Of a stretch of DNA of 33,326 nt, positions 16,525-25,418 are shown one piece after another. Each line of letters begins with the position of its first letter. The first letter of the stretch is position 1. The position numbers and the translations under genes were made by a program. Under the pieces are notes generated by a model that had not been told where the DNA came from, searched no databases, and saw only the letters and a list, made by a program, of their open reading frames with translations. This stretch comes from Klebsiella phage ST11-OXA245phi3.1. The stretch is taken from sequence record MK416009.1; one strand, given 5' to 3'.

Positions 16525-16908
16525 ATGAAAAAGAAACTGATCGGTGGGTTATTTTCGGTGCTGTACACGGCTCTGATGATTTTTAGTCTCTTTGTTCCAA
16601 ACAATATTGTTCCGGCACTGGTTACAGCCTTGACCTGGATAGCCTGCCTGCTGAGCTGGGGAGCGGTGCTACTATGCCTGGCTGGATGGTATGCGGGCGG
16701 CACTCATCGGCGGGAGGCAAAGCAGGCGCTGACGCGCTTTTTCAGCACGCCAGGAAACCAGGTGATCCGATGGGCCAGGTGTTCACTACTTGTGATTTTT
16801 CTCCCCTTTACGGGCCACGTTGTCACCCTGGTATTTTATCTGCTGACGCTGGCCGCGCTTAAGGTTCTGCGTGCGCAGATTATTGATGCGGAGCCGGTGA
16901 CGGTATGA
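16525..16908 (+). CDS. lysA: LysA-like multi-TM lysis timing protein.
   Basis: 127 aa with 3-4 predicted TM helices, between the endolysin and the spanins as in P2. Confidence 0.5.
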   Translation: MKKKLIGGLFSVLYTALMIFSLFVPNNIVPALVTALTWIACLLSWGAVLLCLAGWYAGGTHRREAKQALTRFFSTPGNQVIRWARCSLLVIFLPFTGHVVTLVFYLLTLAALKVLRAQIIDAEPVTV

Positions 16909-17333
16909 CGAAGGCGCTGGCGGTAATTCTGGCGCTGGTAGTGCTGGCGCTTGGCTGGCAGTCATGGCGGATGAAGGAGGCCAGCCAGACCATCGAGCGG
17001 CAAGGGCGGGATCTGAAAACGACAGGCGAAAAACTGGCAAAGACGAACAGCCAGCTGATCGCCCTGTCCATCTTGTCCGAAACCAATAACCGGGAACAGG
17101 CAAGGCTTTACGCGGTGGCAGAAAGTACAAACGCGCTGCTGCGAAGCCGTCAGCGCAGAATTGAGGAGTTAAAACGTGAAAATGAGGATTTACGCCGCTG
17201 GGCTGACACTCTTCTGCCTGCTGACGTTATCAGGATGCGCGAACGTCCAGCCCTCGCCGGAGGTGCTGCTTACCGTGAATGGTTGTCCCAGAGTGACGCA
17301 GTGCCGCCTGGAAAAGTCGGTGGCACGCACTAA
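16905..17333 (+). CDS. lysB: LysB, an Rz-like inner-membrane spanin.
   Basis: 142 aa with an N-terminal TM, a coiled-coil-rich body and a proline-rich C-terminus. lysC is embedded in it out of frame. Confidence 0.6.
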   Translation: MTKALAVILALVVLALGWQSWRMKEASQTIERQGRDLKTTGEKLAKTNSQLIALSILSETNNREQARLYAVAESTNALLRSRQRRIEELKRENEDLRRWADTLLPADVIRMRERPALAGGAAYREWLSQSDAVPPGKVGGTH

Positions 17334-17466
17334 CGGCGATCTGCTGACCGCGCTGGATGAAGCGGAGGCGGCCTGGGCGGTCTGCGCCGATAAAGTGGAC
17401 ACGATAATTTCCTGTCAGGAGCGAAACAGTGAACAAGCCTCAATCCTTACGCCGCGCCCTGAATAA
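17176..17466 (+). CDS. lysC: LysC, an Rz1-like outer-membrane lipoprotein spanin.
   Basis: 96 aa with the lipobox LLTLSGC. It starts inside lysB in the +1 frame and extends beyond it (P2 lysB/lysC architecture). Confidence 0.6.
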   Translation: MKMRIYAAGLTLFCLLTLSGCANVQPSPEVLLTVNGCPRVTQCRLEKSVARTNGDLLTALDEAEAAWAVCADKVDTIISCQERNSEQASILTPRPE

Positions 17467-17860
17467 CGCGGTGCCATATGTCCGTGATAACCCGGATAAG
17501 CTGCATTTGTTCGTTGATAACGGATCGGTGGTGGCAACCGGGGCAGCGTCACTTTCATGGGAATATCGTTACACCCTGAATGTGGTGATTGTGGATTTCA
17601 GCGGCGATCAGGGGTTATTGATGGCGCCGGTGGTGGCCTGGCTCATGGAGAATCAGCCGGATGCCATTCATAACCCGGAGCTGCGGGAAAAGTTGCTTTC
17701 CTTTGAAGTCGATATTTTGCGCAATGATATCTGTGATATCAGCCTGAACCTGCAACTGACAGAGCGTGTGATAGTCAGCGCTGACGGTGACGTGTCCAGC
17801 GTCGAAGCAGTGCCGGAACCGGACGAACCGGACGAAATGTGGGCGGTGAGCCGTGGCTGA
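17429..17860 (+). CDS. R: Tail completion protein R.
   Basis: 143 aa with a GTG start, in the equivalent position. Confidence 0.7.
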   Translation: MNKPQSLRRALNNAVPYVRDNPDKLHLFVDNGSVVATGAASLSWEYRYTLNVVIVDFSGDQGLLMAPVVAWLMENQPDAIHNPELREKLLSFEVDILRNDICDISLNLQLTERVIVSADGDVSSVEAVPEPDEPDEMWAVSRG

Positions 17861-18299
17861 TCTGCAGGAAGTTGACGCCTGGTTAGATGCGCTCTTGGCG
17901 GGTCTGGAGCCTGCCGCACGTAAGCGCATGATGCGGGAGCTGGCGCAGCAGCTGCGCCTCAACCAGCAGAAAAATATCAGGATGCAGCGCAACCCGGACG
18001 GGACGGCTTACGAGCCGCGTCGCGTGACGGCCAGAACGAAACAGGGCCGCATCCGTCGGCAGATGTTTGCAAAACTCCGCACAACAAAATACCTGAAAGC
18101 CGTCGCCAGCCAGGACTCGGCAAGCGTCGAGTTTGAGAGCCGTGTGCAGCGCATAGCCCGTGTGCATCACTATGGCTTGCGTGATCGGGTCAGCCGTAAA
18201 GGCCCTGTGATTACTTATCCGCATCGACGATTACTAGGAGCTAATCATCATGTCATTGAGTTAATTCACAATAGTTTATATAGATGGTTGTTTAATTAA
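17853..18299 (+). CDS. S: Tail completion protein S, with its C-terminus running into low-GC inserted DNA.
   Basis: 148 aa with a GTG start overlapping the R stop. The final ~15 codons (…VIELIHNSLYRWLFN) are AT-rich and non-backbone-like. Confidence 0.7.
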   Translation: MADLQEVDAWLDALLAGLEPAARKRMMRELAQQLRLNQQKNIRMQRNPDGTAYEPRRVTARTKQGRIRRQMFAKLRTTKYLKAVASQDSASVEFESRVQRIARVHHYGLRDRVSRKGPVITYPHRRLLGANHHVIELIHNSLYRWLFN

Positions 18300-18988
18300 T
18301 TTTCATTTTTAAATTTACTTTTTGTTTGTGCTGCTATAGCCTCTGTTAGCCCTGCAATTAATTTTTCTTGTGGAGGATGCGGGGTTTTATCAAAGCTGAT
18401 ATTGTGATTCCTTAAGGCATCTAGAGTAGACGAGAATTTTGATATATCTCCCCGAGATAGCATATATGCTATCTTTTGGTTCTCATAATCATTGCTAAGT
18501 TGCATGTAATATTTGGTAAAAATAACAAATATGCGTGTTACATATCCTATAAATAAAAGAACGGAAAAGCTAATTAATATAGAGGCTATTGAATCGGCTA
18601 TTTTTTCTGACTTGTCTTTTTTGAGGTAAATTAAATCATCAGGTTGTAACTTGAATCTATCATTTCTAGCGGTGTTGGCATCGCTAACGCTATTATTTTT
18701 GTCATGTAGGTTTTGTGTTTTTGTATTGAAAAAGGCCTCTAAGGCTTTTGTGTAGTTATTTAGAATAGTGGTTGCTTGATATAGTTCATTATTTCCATCA
18801 ATCATGCTTGATATGAAATTTGTTATTGGGTTGTTGTTTTTTGATTTGATTGCGAAGATTCCGGTTAATACTAGGGCAGTGGCCAACAAAAGAATGTATA
18901 TAAAAGTGATTGTTATTCTTCTTGTGCTAATACTTCTTGTGTTTAACTCTTTTAAAGTTTCTAAATAAATTTTTTGTTCTTCGTCCAT
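18296..18988 (-). CDS. Two-TM membrane protein of unknown function. Cargo at the S-V (P2 orf30) hotspot, and a candidate defence or exclusion protein.
   Basis: 230 aa from the ATG at 18988 with a GAGAGA RBS; a TTG at 19036 would give 246 aa. GC is about 30%. Predicted topology is a ~25-aa N-terminal cytoplasmic segment, TM1 (ITITFIYILLLATALVLTGIFAI), a ~95-aa loop, TM2 (IASILISFSVLLFIGYVTRIFVIF) and a ~70-aa C-terminal domain. It is on the opposite strand to the tail operon. Confidence 0.6.
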   Translation of the reverse strand: MDEEQKIYLETLKELNTRSISTRRITITFIYILLLATALVLTGIFAIKSKNNNPITNFISSMIDGNNELYQATTILNNYTKALEAFFNTKTQNLHDKNNSVSDANTARNDRFKLQPDDLIYLKKDKSEKIADSIASILISFSVLLFIGYVTRIFVIFTKYYMQLSNDYENQKIAYMLSRGDISKFSSTLDALRNHNISFDKTPHPPQEKLIAGLTEAIAAQTKSKFKNEN

Positions 18989-19017
18989 ATCTTTCTCTCT
19001 TGCTGTACCAGAAGTAT

Positions 19018-19035
19018 TGTACTGTTGTTCATACA
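19018..19035. promoter_or_regulatory. Ogr/B-type late activator site (TGT-N12-ACA) upstream of V, in a P_V position.
   Basis: TGTactgttgttcatACA, about 50 bp upstream of the V start codon. Confidence 0.4.
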
Positions 19036-19082
19036 ATCTACCTGAACTATCTAAAAAGTCGACAAACAGTCATCCTGATTGG

Positions 19083-19655
19083 ATGAATACTCAACTAACC
19101 GAAATCATGCGCCTTATCACTAATCTGATCCGCACCGGCATTGTGACCGAAGTGGACCGGGACAGCTGGCTGTGCCGGGTGAAAACGGGCGACCTCGAAA
19201 CCAACTGGATTAACTGGCTGACCTACCGTGCAGGTAAATCCCGCACCTGGTGGTGCCCGTCTCCAGGGGAGCAGGTGGTGCTGTTCAGCCTGGGCGGCAA
19301 TCTGGAGACAGCCTTTGCGCTTCCGGCCATCTACTCCAACGCCTGCCCGCCGCCGTCAGACTCTGAAAGTGCGGACGTGACCGCATACGAGGATGGCGGC
19401 TGGTTCGAATACGACCCCGCCACCGGGCGCTGGATTATTCGCGGCGTGAAAAGCGTGCTGATTGAGTCTTCGCAGGTTGTCTCCTGCAAAACCGGTGAGT
19501 TTGTGATCGAGGCTGACACCACCCGTATTAACAGCAATGTGATCCTGAATGGCGATGTGACCCACGGCGGCGGCGCGATGACGTCAAACGGCGTCGTTGC
19601 TGATAAGCATAAACACCCTGGCGACAGTGGCGGAACGACAGGAGACCCATTTTGA
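19083..19655 (+). CDS. V: Baseplate spike/assembly protein V.
   Basis: 190 aa from the ATG at 19083. MNTQLTEIMRLITNLIRTGIVTEVD and the C-terminal HKHPGDSGGTTGDPF match P2 gpV (MNTLANIQELARALRNMIRTGII... HTHKHPGDSGGTTGSPL). Confidence 0.85.
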   Translation: MNTQLTEIMRLITNLIRTGIVTEVDRDSWLCRVKTGDLETNWINWLTYRAGKSRTWWCPSPGEQVVLFSLGGNLETAFALPAIYSNACPPPSDSESADVTAYEDGGWFEYDPATGRWIIRGVKSVLIESSQVVSCKTGEFVIEADTTRINSNVILNGDVTHGGGAMTSNGVVADKHKHPGDSGGTTGDPF

Positions 19656-20014
19656 CGCTCTATATCGGGATGAGCCGCGATACCGGCAGAGCTATTACGG
19701 AATCTGACCACCTGCGTCAGTCGGTGCGTGACATTTTGCTGACCCCGCAAGGGAGCCGGCTTGCGCGCCGGGAGTATGGTTCCCTGCTTTCAGCGCTCAT
19801 TGACCAGCCGCAAAACCCGGCGCTGCGCCTGCAAATCATGGCTGCGGTGTATGTGGCGCTGCGGCGCTGGGAGCCGCGGCTGCAACTGGACACCATCACG
19901 GTTAACAGCAGCAACATGGATGGCGCAATGGTTATTGAGCTGGCAGGCCAGCGTAATGACGGCGTGCCCGTGTCCCTTTCCGTATCGACAGGAGCAGACA
20001 ATGGCCGTTATTGA
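19652..20014 (+). CDS. W: Baseplate wedge protein W (gp25-like).
   Basis: 120 aa. Its start overlaps the V stop, in the equivalent position. Confidence 0.85.
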   Translation: MTLYIGMSRDTGRAITESDHLRQSVRDILLTPQGSRLARREYGSLLSALIDQPQNPALRLQIMAAVYVALRRWEPRLQLDTITVNSSNMDGAMVIELAGQRNDGVPVSLSVSTGADNGRY

Positions 20015-20909
20015 CCTTTCCCAGCTGCCGCCGCCGCAAATTGTGGATGTGCCGGATTTTGAAACCCTGCTGACTGAGCGCAAGGCTGAATTTGTCGCGT
20101 TATTTCCGGCAGAAGAACAGGAGGCCGTGGCCCGCACCTTAACGCTTGAGTCTGAGCCGGTGGTGAAAATGCTGCAGGAAAATGTGTACCGGGAGTTGCT
20201 GCTGCGCCAGAGGATTAACGAGGCAGCGAGAGCCGTGATGGTGGCCTATTCCGGCGGGGATGACCTGGACAATTTAGGCGCAAATAACAACGTACAGCGC
20301 CGGGTGATTACAGCTGCAGATGACACCACAACACCACCCACGGAGGCGGTAATGGAATCTGACGCGGATTATCGCCAGCGCATTCCTGCTGCATTTGAGG
20401 GGATGAGCGTTGCCGGACCAGTCGGAGCCTATGAATATCACGCGCTTAGCTCGGATGGTCGGGTGGCGGATGCGTCAGCGTTCAGCCCGTCACCGGCAGA
20501 AGTCGTGGTGACTATTCTGGCCCGCGACGGCGATGGTACTGCGCCTGAAGACTTACTGCAGGTCGTCGGTGAGGCCCTGAATGATGAGGCTGTGCGGCCA
20601 GTGGCGGATCGGGTGAGCGTCCGATCTGCTGAGATTGTCCCCTATGAAATTGATGCGGTTCTTTATGTCTACCCCGGCCCGGCTAAGGAACCCATCCTGG
20701 CGGCAGCGAAAGCGCAGGGCACGGCATACATCAACGAGCAGCGTCGCCTGGGGCGTGATGTGCGGTTGTCCGCGATCTATGCCGCGCTGCATGTTCAGGG
20801 TGTCCAGCGCGTCGAACTGATAAAGCCACTGACGGACATGGTGCTAGATAAAACGCAGGCGTCATATTGCACCGATTTTAAAGCAGAAATTGGTGGCTCT
20901 GATGACTAG
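20001..20909 (+). CDS. J: Baseplate protein J.
   Basis: 302 aa from the ATG at 20001 (MAVIDLSQLPPPQIVDV...) with a GGAGCAGACA RBS. Confidence 0.9.
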   Translation: MAVIDLSQLPPPQIVDVPDFETLLTERKAEFVALFPAEEQEAVARTLTLESEPVVKMLQENVYRELLLRQRINEAARAVMVAYSGGDDLDNLGANNNVQRRVITAADDTTTPPTEAVMESDADYRQRIPAAFEGMSVAGPVGAYEYHALSSDGRVADASAFSPSPAEVVVTILARDGDGTAPEDLLQVVGEALNDEAVRPVADRVSVRSAEIVPYEIDAVLYVYPGPAKEPILAAAKAQGTAYINEQRRLGRDVRLSAIYAALHVQGVQRVELIKPLTDMVLDKTQASYCTDFKAEIGGSDD

Positions 20910-21501
20910 CAGCCTGTTGCCGCCGGGGTCGTCTGCGCTGGAGCGCAGGCTGGCGCAAGCCTGTTCAGGTATCAGTGATTTAAACGTGCCGCTGCGTGAC
21001 CTGTGGAACCCGTGGAAATGCCCGGCAAAGTTTCTGCCGTACCTGGCCTGGGCTTTCTCCGTTGATCGATGGGAGGAAACCTGGACAGAAACCGCTAAGC
21101 GGCAGGCAGTAAGTGATGCGTTCTGGATCCATCAGCGAAAAGGAACGGTGGCGGCAGTTAAGCGGGTGATCGAGGGGCTGGGGTATTCGATGACCATTGA
21201 GGAATGGTGGGAGGTGGCCGACCCCGCCGGGACGTTTCGGCTTGAGATCGATCTGAATGAAATCGGCATCACTGAGCCGATGATTTATGAGCTTGAGAGG
21301 ATTATAGGTGATGCCAAACCGGCGAGCAGACACATCTCTCAGATGACATTGTCTACTACCTCTCGCGGTATTGCGCATCTTGGTGCTGCCGCAATTATTG
21401 GCGACGAAGTAAGTGTTTATCCGCAGCAATATAAGCCGGGCAACGATATTTTTTACGATGGCCTGATTTTCCATGACGGCAATTATCAGTATGAGGAATG
21501 A
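20902..21501 (+). CDS. I: Baseplate protein I (tail formation).
   Basis: 199 aa from the ATG at 20902 (MTSSLLPPGSSALE...), which resembles the P2 gpI N-terminus (MSDSRLLPTGSSPLE..). Confidence 0.8.
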   Translation: MTSSLLPPGSSALERRLAQACSGISDLNVPLRDLWNPWKCPAKFLPYLAWAFSVDRWEETWTETAKRQAVSDAFWIHQRKGTVAAVKRVIEGLGYSMTIEEWWEVADPAGTFRLEIDLNEIGITEPMIYELERIIGDAKPASRHISQMTLSTTSRGIAHLGAAAIIGDEVSVYPQQYKPGNDIFYDGLIFHDGNYQYEE

Positions 21502-21502
21502 T

Positions 21503-24454
21503 ATGGCGAGCATAAAAGAATTGCCGCGCTGGGAAGATGAGGTCTATCAGATCGCGCGTGGTGATAAAGTAGAAGGTGGTGTCGGTGGTATAGCGAATAT
21601 GCAGGCGAAGACGCTGGCAGAACGTACCCGGTATCTAAAAAACGTTGTTGAATCTATTCCGGATTACCGCGAATTCACATTTTATAAAACTGAAAATGAT
21701 CCGGAAGGAAAGTTAGCTGGAATCGCTGAAACCCATGACGGCCAGCTATTTCGTGTTGCTCAGGGGATCGATAGCGAAAACTCTTTTATCTATTATCGGA
21801 ATGATGATGGTGATGCTGTTCCGGTTGCATGGCAGCCTGGCACAGAGTTAGTCAAAATATTGAGCAACCTGATTAGTGATCAGGGAGATAACCCATTTTC
21901 TGTCGTTTTCGATAATGGGCTTTCTCCGTTGGGCTATAAAAATGGACGCTTATACGCTGATGAATTTGAAAAGCTATACTCCTCAGATTCCGGGTTAGAG
22001 TTTGGTGGCAGCATAATTGATAATAATCCTCCAGAAGGTTGGAGATTTGTTATTTACTACCGCAACGGGTTAGTGATGTGTGGTCAAAAAGATGACGGCA
22101 CAATGATCGGTTTTGGTGAGGGGGGGAGCGGTGGCGGTTCTATTGAACCAGGTGATACAGCTCCTGACTATGATTCAATTCGAATGTATTCAGGTACAGC
22201 GACAGTGCGTGACGTAGTTGGGAAACGCGCTGGCGGTCGTTTTGTTGTTAATCCGGATGACACCACATCGGAGGAGATCCCCGGAGGGATACTGGTCGAT
22301 GTGCTGGGGCGTCGATGGTATCGACAGGCTGATTTTGTTTCCTATGATATGTTTCTTGCGCCGCGAATACCCGCAGCGACTCTGTTGTCCGTACAGGTTG
22401 CACTGGCAATGGGGAACAGGTCATCAGCAATAGCATACCTCGCAGGAGTGGAGGCAGCAGATAAAGCTATCCAGGCGGCTCACCGCTTTGCGAACATCAT
22501 GAAAATCCCCGTACGTCAGAATGACGGTGCATTCCTGATGTTGGTTGATCATGAAGCAGAAGTACGAACAAATACCGACCTGTCAGGGGCGATAATTCTT
22601 ACCTCTGCAAATTCCGGTGTGAACGAGATACGCTGGGGACCTTTACGACTGCTTGACCCTTCAGCACCTGAACCGATGCGCATGTTCAACATAAAAGGTA
22701 AACCGCGTATTGAACTGACAGCTGAAGAGTTAGCGACATTTAACGCAACGTATTCAAAGTATCTGAAAAAAGGCTCTCAGTACCTGCCTTATCCGAAACT
22801 GTACGCGTATTACGGTGGGATGTTCTATGCGCTGTCGCATGAAGTGGAAATTTACCGCAATGGAGAAAGGAATAACCCTCGTGACCGGGTTTTATACCGC
22901 GATTTCTCCCGTATTGGTAGAAATGGCGCGCTGACGGAACGGATTGTGAAAGATATTCCGACCGGCTCAATTGGCTACGCTGCGATTATCCCGAAAGAAG
23001 ATGATTTTCTGGAATTTGAATGCCCGCATTTTATTGAGCTGGGCGACAGTCGTCGATTCCTGAATATCGAAGTTTCCAGGCCGATGGTGCGCATTAAAAA
23101 TCTGGTGCATACGTCGTGGCAAACAGCTTCAACAAGTCTCGAAAGCCGCGTGGTTATTTCTGCTCGCGAAGTCTTTGACGTCTTTTGCGAATACGGAGAA
23201 ACCACCTGTCACCCGGCGGAGAACGGCTCATATGTCATCTGCATTCGAGATACCTGCAACGTGCATATCGATAACTATTACGGACTGCATGGCTGGGGAT
23301 TTCAGGGGCATCACGGAATAAAGGGTTTATACGGCAACAGAAATACGTTTAACCGCGTTGATTTCCACAGCTTCGGGTACGATGTTTTCTTCAAAGATCT
23401 GACTGTGAAAGGCAGGCAAATTAACCTGCAGGGAGGTAATGAGTGGTCGATAGAGAAACTTCGTCTGTATATCACCCGCACCAGTGGCGATGCAGTGGAG
23501 TATTTCCTTAACTACGCCATCGGCATGAGGCAGGACTATGCCAGTGACTGCGATGGCATTCTCAATATTGATGGTGTCACGGTGATGTGGGACAGAGGGC
23601 TACCCGCATGGTACAACACGACCCGGTCATTTGACCTTGTCAGAATTATCGATACGGCCAACTCTCTTGATCAGGGCATCGACAGCAAACTACCCCCCGT
23701 TATCAGAATTCGCAATGTCGTGTTTGACCTTGCCGGCATCCAGACCGGAAGACCGAATGACAATTTTGAGTTCTGCGCTGTTACGGCCTTACGTTCTCAG
23801 TTTACCGACTACTCGGTAACCGGACGTAAAACGCTGCTACCCGACAATATCACCGTTGACGGAATGACAGCTATTAACGTTCAGCCCACGCAGAACGCGG
23901 TGATGTGCGGCATCAAATTGCCTGCCGACCTCTATCAGAACACTGTGGGCTCACGCAACAAAAAGGGCAGCGACGGGACGAACGCCCGCATAACGCTGCG
24001 CAACCTGCACAGCGTTATCAACAATCCGTCTATCGAGCTGGCTGCAGCCCAGACCGTCGATATTCCGGGAAACGCGGCAACCTGGACCGCTGATTACCTG
24101 AACAGTGATTACAGCTGGATACCGCGGATTATCCTGGAAAATTGTATCCCGGCAATTATCCATGCTCCTGGCGCAAAAGCTGTTGTCGATATTCATGGCG
24201 GCAAGCTGGCGCGGGTCTACACCAACGGCAATAGCAACCGCTGCCGGGTCACCAGTGCTGATATTGAGCTGATCCCTGATGCGTCGGGTGTGACCTATTT
24301 CGCTGCAGATAAAACGCTGGTGACGGGCTGTTCATGGCTGAACCCGGCCAGTGGCGCAACCTATCCAGGCACATTGCGTGGTTCAGGAAACGAAATGATC
24401 GGAGAAAGTGCTAAAGCACCAAACCTTCCTGCAAAAGCTTTTATTGAGGAATAA
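21503..24454 (+). CDS. Tailspike-like receptor-binding protein. It has an N-terminal particle-attachment domain, a Gly-rich linker and a large C-terminal domain, possibly a beta-helix depolymerase.
   Basis: 983 aa from the ATG at 21503 with a GAGGA RBS 8 nt upstream. It lies immediately after I. The conserved-looking N-terminus is MASIKELPRWEDEVYQIARGDKVEGGVGG..., the linker is GEGGSGGGS at about aa 215, and the C-terminal region is repeat-rich and Asn/Gly-rich. The first ~700 bp have lower GC than the backbone. Confidence 0.6.
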   Translation: MASIKELPRWEDEVYQIARGDKVEGGVGGIANMQAKTLAERTRYLKNVVESIPDYREFTFYKTENDPEGKLAGIAETHDGQLFRVAQGIDSENSFIYYRNDDGDAVPVAWQPGTELVKILSNLISDQGDNPFSVVFDNGLSPLGYKNGRLYADEFEKLYSSDSGLEFGGSIIDNNPPEGWRFVIYYRNGLVMCGQKDDGTMIGFGEGGSGGGSIEPGDTAPDYDSIRMYSGTATVRDVVGKRAGGRFVVNPDDTTSEEIPGGILVDVLGRRWYRQADFVSYDMFLAPRIPAATLLSVQVALAMGNRSSAIAYLAGVEAADKAIQAAHRFANIMKIPVRQNDGAFLMLVDHEAEVRTNTDLSGAIILTSANSGVNEIRWGPLRLLDPSAPEPMRMFNIKGKPRIELTAEELATFNATYSKYLKKGSQYLPYPKLYAYYGGMFYALSHEVEIYRNGERNNPRDRVLYRDFSRIGRNGALTERIVKDIPTGSIGYAAIIPKEDDFLEFECPHFIELGDSRRFLNIEVSRPMVRIKNLVHTSWQTASTSLESRVVISAREVFDVFCEYGETTCHPAENGSYVICIRDTCNVHIDNYYGLHGWGFQGHHGIKGLYGNRNTFNRVDFHSFGYDVFFKDLTVKGRQINLQGGNEWSIEKLRLYITRTSGDAVEYFLNYAIGMRQDYASDCDGILNIDGVTVMWDRGLPAWYNTTRSFDLVRIIDTANSLDQGIDSKLPPVIRIRNVVFDLAGIQTGRPNDNFEFCAVTALRSQFTDYSVTGRKTLLPDNITVDGMTAINVQPTQNAVMCGIKLPADLYQNTVGSRNKKGSDGTNARITLRNLHSVINNPSIELAAAQTVDIPGNAATWTADYLNSDYSWIPRIILENCIPAIIHAPGAKAVVDIHGGKLARVYTNGNSNRCRVTSADIELIPDASGVTYFAADKTLVTGCSWLNPASGATYPGTLRGSGNEMIGESAKAPNLPAKAFIEE

Positions 24455-24457
24455 TAA

Positions 24458-25189
24458 ATGGGAAACGGAACGCGTATTTTACTTAACTCGGACGGTGTTA
24501 TTACTAACTGGGAAAAGCAATATTTTGAACCAGTAAAGTCACCACTGGCAGCAATTGCAAACCCGATCGTGGCTTTTGATTTACTGACTCCTGTAGATAA
24601 CTCACGACATGGTTTCAGCGTGCAGCAAGGTGTGCAGATCCTGAAAGGGTATGGACTTGAATTTCCTGGTTCCGCCGGTAGCCAGACTACGTTTGCAAAG
24701 TCCGGACTGTCCGGACTGTCTTTTCTTACTGCATTTCGGTTAAGCGCAGTTGATGTATTTCAGTACGTGCTTGACTGCAGGGATCTGACACCAGGTACAG
24801 GCCATGGTTACGCCATTACGTTTAACCCTGCCGGTCAGCGGCTTGAGCTTCGTGTCGGCTGGCCTGACGGTAGTCAGGGTATCTATTTTCAGGAAGGTAA
24901 GACGATTGTTGCGGGGCAATGGTATGTGGCATGCGGTGTCATTTCTCCTAACCGCAATCACAAATTAACGTTGTCAGATGGGACTGCAATTGCTGCAAGC
25001 CCTGCGGGTTATCTGTTAAACGTGGCGGGAAACAAGCTAATGCTGGGTGCCAGTGCTGCCGGTTCATCAATGATGAAAGGTGATCTGGCTTTCTTTGGTG
25101 CATGGGAAAAAGAATTTACCGCAGGCGACACTCTGACGGCTGTCGCGCTGGGTAAAAACATCATGGCTTTAAGAGGGCAGGCAGTATGA
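24458..25189 (+). CDS. LamG-like (concanavalin-A-like lectin/glucanase fold) protein.
   Basis: 243 aa with a GAGGA RBS. The sequence pattern is typical of LamG_3 jelly-roll domains (…QWYVACGV…NKLMLGA…GDLAFFGAWEKEFTAGD). Confidence 0.5.
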   Translation: MGNGTRILLNSDGVITNWEKQYFEPVKSPLAAIANPIVAFDLLTPVDNSRHGFSVQQGVQILKGYGLEFPGSAGSQTTFAKSGLSGLSFLTAFRLSAVDVFQYVLDCRDLTPGTGHGYAITFNPAGQRLELRVGWPDGSQGIYFQEGKTIVAGQWYVACGVISPNRNHKLTLSDGTAIAASPAGYLLNVAGNKLMLGASAAGSSMMKGDLAFFGAWEKEFTAGDTLTAVALGKNIMALRGQAV

Positions 25190-25389
25190 CAACCGTAGAA
25201 GTACGCATTGAAACAGTTAATGGCAGCATGGTCACTTTTTCGCGTGTATCTGAAAACTGGGTAAATCTGAACCAGTACGAACGGGATGACATTATCAGCG
25301 GATGGATAAATGAGGATAAAAACAGCCAGGCCGCATTATCGGCTAGTGATGGATATACCCTGAGCTATCACGTTTTAGCTCAAGAATAG
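25186..25389 (+). CDS. Small hypothetical protein.
   Basis: 67 aa. Its start overlaps the LamG-like stop. Lower-GC composition. Confidence 0.4.
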   Translation: MTTVEVRIETVNGSMVTFSRVSENWVNLNQYERDDIISGWINEDKNSQAALSASDGYTLSYHVLAQE

Positions 25390-25418
25390 CCGAGGCGCCA
25401 GACAGAAAAGGATAAGAG

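Noticed and set aside
21473-24454. Initially read the 993-aa ORF after gene I as the tail fibre H (by position).
   Set aside because: The canonical H N-terminal attachment domain (MAVGDGGG...VGGxWxRE...SYKP) is in the ORF at 25419-26495. The 983-aa protein has a different N-terminus and a linker plus large C-terminal domain, so I call it a separate tailspike-like receptor-binding protein.
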